Source: Waddliaceae bacterium
Lineage (GTDB): Bacteria; Chlamydiota; Chlamydiia; Chlamydiales; SLFE01
Reading direction: 5' to 3'
DNA length: 64,000 nucleotides
NCBI GenBank assembly: GCA_963771045.1
Contig: CAVYRW010000004.1
Coordinates: forward strand, 1,984,001-2,048,000
Shown here: in pieces, positions 59,861 through 64,000 of the stretch
Layout: each line of letters begins with the position of its first letter
Numbering within the stretch: position 1 is the first letter of the stretch
Program-made: the position numbers and the translations under genes
The notes under the pieces: model-generated
Database searches by the model: none
Seen by the model: only the letters and a program-made list of their open reading frames with translations
What the model was told of the DNA's origin: nothing

Positions 59861-60553
59861 TTAGTTAAGTTCTTTGAATTTCCACTCTTCACCATCAATG
59901 ATTTCACCCAAGATGATTGGACGAATAAAACCATCAATTTTTTTATCAGGATCAAAGTCAGTTTTTTGATCGCCTGTGTATAAACAGTTTTTTGTATAAT
60001 TAAGAACTTGAGAAAATTCGTATGTAATGCTTTTATCATACTGCTTAAGTTCGTTAAGTGCAATAATCCCGAATGAATAGCCATTCATTCCTTTAACTTT
60101 CTGAGAACAAGCTTTTTTAAACATATTTTCAAAATTTACTTTATCCTCGGTAGAAAACTCAAGATTTTTGATGATGCATCTATGGACTAAAGGCTCAACT
60201 TTAGAGTCTTTGTTAATCAATGCGGCTTGCAGGCAAATAGCTTTTGAATTGAACCAATACAACTTTGTATCCTTTAGAGCTTCTAAATCTCTCATAAAAA
60301 ATTTCTTCAAATATAGTTCTTGAACAGCTGTCGATTTCCCAAAAAGATACAGAACTTTTGCCAAGATATATAAAGAAGCATGCAAAGTAGTATGGATCAA
60401 TAATGCGAAGTTTCGCTTTGCGACGGAAGCTGTCTTTGCAAGTAGATTGGAATGATCTTTGTTAATTTCAGCTTTATTGAAATTAACCAACTTTTCATCG
60501 ACTGATGCAAGAGCTTTTCCGACAGAACACAAAGTATTATATGTAAAAATCAT
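59861..60553 (-). CDS. hypothetical protein
   Basis: 230-aa AT-rich ORF. Confidence 0.5.
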   Translation of the reverse strand: MIFTYNTLCSVGKALASVDEKLVNFNKAEINKDHSNLLAKTASVAKRNFALLIHTTLHASLYILAKVLYLFGKSTAVQELYLKKFFMRDLEALKDTKLYWFNSKAICLQAALINKDSKVEPLVHRCIIKNLEFSTEDKVNFENMFKKACSQKVKGMNGYSFGIIALNELKQYDKSITYEFSQVLNYTKNCLYTGDQKTDFDPDKKIDGFIRPIILGEIIDGEEWKFKELN

Positions 60554-60783
60554 TGATCTTTTCTTCTATTTTTGGAATTAAAAAAATCATTTTATACAAT
60601 AAAATAATATTAATTCAATTAGATTTTTTTTTATCAATTAGAGTATCAGGTGCGGTAAAGTTACAACAGAGAACATGAGCTTTTTGCATCGGAACTTTCT
60701 GGAGCTGTCACAATAGGTGCTGTCTTAATCATCTCTTAACATCGATTGAATAAGTTTATCCCCTAACAAACGAGGATAGAACC

Positions 60784-61251
60784 ATGAATGTTGAAACTGC
60801 TAAACTTTCGCAAGATTCCCTAACCTACCGCGGCATTCAAAAACTACCGGACAGTATAAAAAATACGGCTGAAAAAATTGGCCTGTTTATACAAGAACAC
60901 AAGGTGCTGATTGGATTTTCTATTTTTGCCGCCTCCCTGGCAGTGTCGGCACCCTTCACTCTGCAAACCACTGTGATCTCATTGCTCACAGTAGCAAGCC
61001 TTAGGATTGCCGTAAGGATTTTACCTGAAAACGCCGCAAAAACATTAAGGCCTATCGCATATATGGAGCCTGTTGACAGAGGCGTGGCTGCAATTGCGGG
61101 GACGATTGCAGCTATTGTCACCTTAAATCCTATTCTACTGTGCATAGGGCTGGATATCGACGGCTCCCAAGGGCTATGCAACTTGGCTGAGGATACCTTC
61201 TCCTATCTCTTTAGGAAAGCCTCTTCCCATAAAACCGTTTGTCAGGCATAA
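60784..61251 (+). CDS. hypothetical membrane protein (Inc-like hydrophobic hairpins)
   Basis: GAGG RBS; two long hydrophobic segments. Confidence 0.55.
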   Translation: MNVETAKLSQDSLTYRGIQKLPDSIKNTAEKIGLFIQEHKVLIGFSIFAASLAVSAPFTLQTTVISLLTVASLRIAVRILPENAAKTLRPIAYMEPVDRGVAAIAGTIAAIVTLNPILLCIGLDIDGSQGLCNLAEDTFSYLFRKASSHKTVCQA

Positions 61252-61266
61252 TGATGTTCCATTGTT

Positions 61267-62226
61267 ATGAAATACTCGATTCTTGCCTATTACCGCTTTT
61301 GCGCTATTTCCGACCCTCAAAAGGAAGTAGCCGGCCATAAGGATTTCCTCGCTTCGCTCGACGCCCGGGGGCGAATTTATATCTCCGAAGAGGGAATCAA
61401 CGGCCAGATGAGCATTTCGAAGGAAGACGCAAAAACCTACCTCGAATGGATGCAAAGCCGTGATGAATTTCGGGATATGCCAATAAAAGTTCATGACTAT
61501 CACCAGCACGCTTTCGAAAAGCTGAAAATCAAATACCGCAAACAGCTTGTCGCCCTGGACTCTTTCGTTGATATGGCCAAAACCGGTAAGCACCTCGCAC
61601 CTGAAAAATGGCGGGAAATGCTGGACAATGGAGAGGATCATATCCTGATCGATGTCCGCAATGATTACGAATGGAAAGTCGGCCATTTCGAAGGAGCGGT
61701 GACTCCGCCATGCCGCACCTTTAGGGAATTCAAAGAATACGCTGAAGGTCTTCAAAAAAAAATCAATCCTCAAAATACTCCCGTGATGATGTACTGCACA
61801 GGAGGCATCAGATGCGAACTTTATTCAGCTTTATTAAAAGAGCAAGGATTTGAAAAAGTCTACCAGCTCGACGGCGGCGTGATAAATTACGGCCTGAAAG
61901 AAGGAAGTAAACACTGGAAGGGCAAGCTTTTTGTCTTTGACGATAGGATGACGGTTCCAATTAGCGATGAAGACTCATCTGTTATCAGCCATTGCCATCG
62001 ATGCGAAGCTTTAGCTGAAGACTACTACAACTGCGCCAATATGGACTGCAATCACTTATTCATATGCTGCAAAAATTGCCTTGCCGATTTAAAGGGATGC
62101 TGTTCAGAAGATTGTATGGAAGCCCCGAGGGTCCGTCCTTTTAAGCATCAAAATCCTCATAAGCCGTTTCGCAAAAGACATCATTATGAGAGCAGAAATG
62201 TCGTGACCTGTACCACTGACAACTGA
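61267..62226 (+). CDS. trhO: rhodanese-related tRNA uridine(34) hydroxylase (UPF0176)
   Basis: GRIYISEEGING, DVRNDYE..GHF, MYCTGGIRCE, GKLFVFDDR, Cys-rich tail. Confidence 0.9.
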   Translation: MKYSILAYYRFCAISDPQKEVAGHKDFLASLDARGRIYISEEGINGQMSISKEDAKTYLEWMQSRDEFRDMPIKVHDYHQHAFEKLKIKYRKQLVALDSFVDMAKTGKHLAPEKWREMLDNGEDHILIDVRNDYEWKVGHFEGAVTPPCRTFREFKEYAEGLQKKINPQNTPVMMYCTGGIRCELYSALLKEQGFEKVYQLDGGVINYGLKEGSKHWKGKLFVFDDRMTVPISDEDSSVISHCHRCEALAEDYYNCANMDCNHLFICCKNCLADLKGCCSEDCMEAPRVRPFKHQNPHKPFRKRHHYESRNVVTCTTDN

Positions 62227-62305
62227 AGGATAAGCATCTAAAACTCTGTTAATAATCATAACGGTTTAATCTCTGACCATCTCTGCTTTCTGCTTTCTGA
62301 TCTAT

Positions 62306-62331
62306 AAAAAAGCCCGGCGAGGGGCCGGGCT
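62306..62331 (-). terminator. intrinsic terminator for the convergent small genes
   Basis: AGCCCGGC-ccctc-GCCGGGCT followed by a T-tract on the minus strand. Confidence 0.7.
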
Positions 62332-62386
62332 CCGTGGATCAGTTCCAAAAATCCACTTAAGGAAGGCACTTTAGGTAACACATTTT

Positions 62387-62587
62387 TTACGCTGCATAAT
62401 CCTCTTCGGGTAAATCCAGCTCTTCTTTATGTCTGACAAGCTCCTGAGCGGTTGCTTTCACTGTCTCCAAACCATTGGAAAATCCTGCCAGCCTCATCAG
62501 TTGATCCACTTCGATCAACTCTCTGACAAGCTGCTCGTTTTCCTCTTCCAAATGCTGTCTTCTTTTAAGTAATTGCTGTTTGTCCAT
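62387..62587 (-). CDS. small coiled-coil protein, paralogue A
   Basis: LEEENEQL..EL..VDQLMRLAGFSNGLETVKATA; GGGGG RBS. Confidence 0.75.
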   Translation of the reverse strand: MDKQQLLKRRQHLEEENEQLVRELIEVDQLMRLAGFSNGLETVKATAQELVRHKEELDLPEEDYAA

Positions 62588-62619
62588 CTTAACCCCCCAG
62601 TCTTTGGCTTTTAACATAA

Positions 62620-62634
62620 GCAATTCGCATGCCA
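62620..62634 (-). promoter_or_regulatory. sigma-54 promoter
   Basis: TGGCATGCGAATTGC, exact -24/-12 spacing. Confidence 0.75.
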
Positions 62635-62685
62635 AAATTTGAGCTATCGGACGGTTATTATCAGGCTATTATTATGCCCGATAGC

Positions 62686-62877
62686 TCACAGTTCATAATC
62701 CTCTCCCTCGCAATCGGGATATTCAATCATCTCAATTGCAACTTCCTTGAGCGATTCCAACCCTCGGGAAAAACCGCTGAGCTTTAAGAGTTCGTTAATG
62801 TAGGAGATCTCGGTCATCAGCTGGTCATTTAAAGATTCCAGCCTGGCTATCTCTTTTTCCAACTCTCTGTTTTCCAT
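62686..62877 (-). CDS. small coiled-coil protein, paralogue B
   Basis: LESLNDQL..EI..INELLKLSGFSRGLESLKEVA; AAGGAG RBS. Confidence 0.75.
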   Translation of the reverse strand: MENRELEKEIARLESLNDQLMTEISYINELLKLSGFSRGLESLKEVAIEMIEYPDCEGEDYEL

Positions 62878-62915
62878 AAGAGACTCCTTATTTGTAATTT
62901 CACCTTGTGGAGTAA

Positions 62916-62930
62916 GCTAATTGCATGCCA
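62916..62930 (-). promoter_or_regulatory. sigma-54 promoter
   Basis: TGGCATGCAATTAGC, exact -24/-12 spacing. Confidence 0.65.
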
Positions 62931-62970
62931 AACTTGTGAAAAACCCAAATAAAAGAGTAAGATTTTTTCG

Positions 62971-63762
62971 ATGCCTCTTTCTAAAATCGCTCGCGCTCTT
63001 GTTGTTATTCAACTTTGCATCGCGTTTATGATGCTGATGTGGTATGTCTGCTACCCTTTTATGGGGGAACTCTATTACTGGCGCTCCCGCCTTTTTTTGA
63101 CACAAACTGTTGTTGGAGACACACAACTTCTTGATTATGTGAAGGATACAGGATTGGCACATTCAAGGGAGAAATTAGAGGCTAATCAGAAACTATTTTC
63201 TAAACTCCCTAAAAATGAACAAGATAGTATTCTTAAAGACTTAAGGCATTATCAGTCAAAACTTAAGAAAGATTTGAGACAAAAACTCGCCTCTTCTTTC
63301 GATATTTTCCTAAGCCGCCTACCCCCTTTCAAAGAGGCATGGCTTATCTTTACCTTTATCGTGTGCTTTTCCCTTTTATATCGTGTTGAAGGGGCCCATT
63401 TGGTCGTATGGGCCTTGCCTATCCTAACTCTCGGCTATATAATTTCAAGCAGCTTATACCCTTCGGGACTTCCTCCCGATGCCCATCTATTTCCCGCAGA
63501 AAGCACCATGAACGAGGCGACTCCAAAGGCCTTTTCAAAGGCCTGGAACGATTATATGGAAAAGGAGTGGGGGGGAGACTTTTTTTTCAATCTGGCAAGG
63601 CTGAAGGAATACCGATCCCACCCAGGATACCACTCGGCCTACCTTTTCAAACACCAAGAACCCCTCGCTCTTTTGCTTCTATACTTTGCATGGAATCTCT
63701 CTTTCACCTATATTTGCTGTAAATGCAAAAAACGATTGAAAACTGCCTCTATACAGCCCTGA
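62971..63762 (+). CDS. hypothetical multi-pass membrane protein
   Basis: 263 aa, about 4 TM segments. Confidence 0.65.
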   Translation: MPLSKIARALVVIQLCIAFMMLMWYVCYPFMGELYYWRSRLFLTQTVVGDTQLLDYVKDTGLAHSREKLEANQKLFSKLPKNEQDSILKDLRHYQSKLKKDLRQKLASSFDIFLSRLPPFKEAWLIFTFIVCFSLLYRVEGAHLVVWALPILTLGYIISSSLYPSGLPPDAHLFPAESTMNEATPKAFSKAWNDYMEKEWGGDFFFNLARLKEYRSHPGYHSAYLFKHQEPLALLLLYFAWNLSFTYICCKCKKRLKTASIQP

Positions 63763-64000
63763 TTACACCCTTCGACCACCGAGGGCAGATTGACTTTGAC
63801 AGTTTAATCACTCTTCTTGAAAAACAGCAGGAAGCCGAAAATGGCATTTTGCTTTTGGGCAGCACCGGCGAAGGATTGGCGGCAGGCGATGACGACAAAA
63901 AAAGAATCGTGGATTTTGTCTGCAGCCAAAACCTCAAGGTTCCTTTAATGGCCGGCGTGGGCGGCCACGATCTGCCCAAACAGCTTGAGTGGATCTCCTT
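63723..64000 (+). CDS. dapA: 4-hydroxy-tetrahydrodipicolinate synthase, 5' part
   Basis: Hand translation MQKTIENCLYTALITPFD...GILLLGSTGEG. Confidence 0.88.
   Translation, partial: MQKTIENCLYTALITPFDHRGQIDFDSLITLLEKQQEAENGILLLGSTGEGLAAGDDDKKRIVDFVCSQNLKVPLMAGVGGHDLPKQLEWIS

Overview
A 64-kb chromosomal segment from an environmental chlamydia (Chlamydiota, probably Parachlamydiales-like). This assignment rests on the chlamydial 16S 5' signature AGAATTTGATCCTGGTTCAG and the chlamydial gene order alaS-mfd...efp...nqrF...yajC-rlmD-hctA-TPR near an rRNA operon. From left to right: (1) a minus-strand Pel-type exopolysaccharide cluster with PelA split into two genes, PelB, PelD, PelE and a partial PelF, no visible PelC, and an orphan gene inserted in it; (2) alaS-mfd; (3) a 1.56-kb IS5/IS903-type element carrying a GxxExxY nuclease gene inside ~60-bp inverted repeats and inserted into a HipA-like gene with an AT duplication; (4) housekeeping genes (efp-epmA, nadE, nqrF, htpG, yajC, tgt, rlmD), an unusually long HctA and a TPR-ExbB-ExbD operon; (5) a Ser/Thr kinase with WNK-like lysine placement; (6) a full rRNA operon (16S-tRNA-Ala-tRNA-Ile-23S-5S); (7) a signal-peptide RHS toxin with an alpha/beta-hydrolase tip, its immunity gene and a broken duplicate cassette with a second immunity allele; (8) trhO, two small paralogues each with a sigma-54 promoter, and the start of dapA. 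At least five +1 frameshifts, two of them in essential alaS, point to consensus sequencing errors. All calls come from reading the sequence; no database searches were run.
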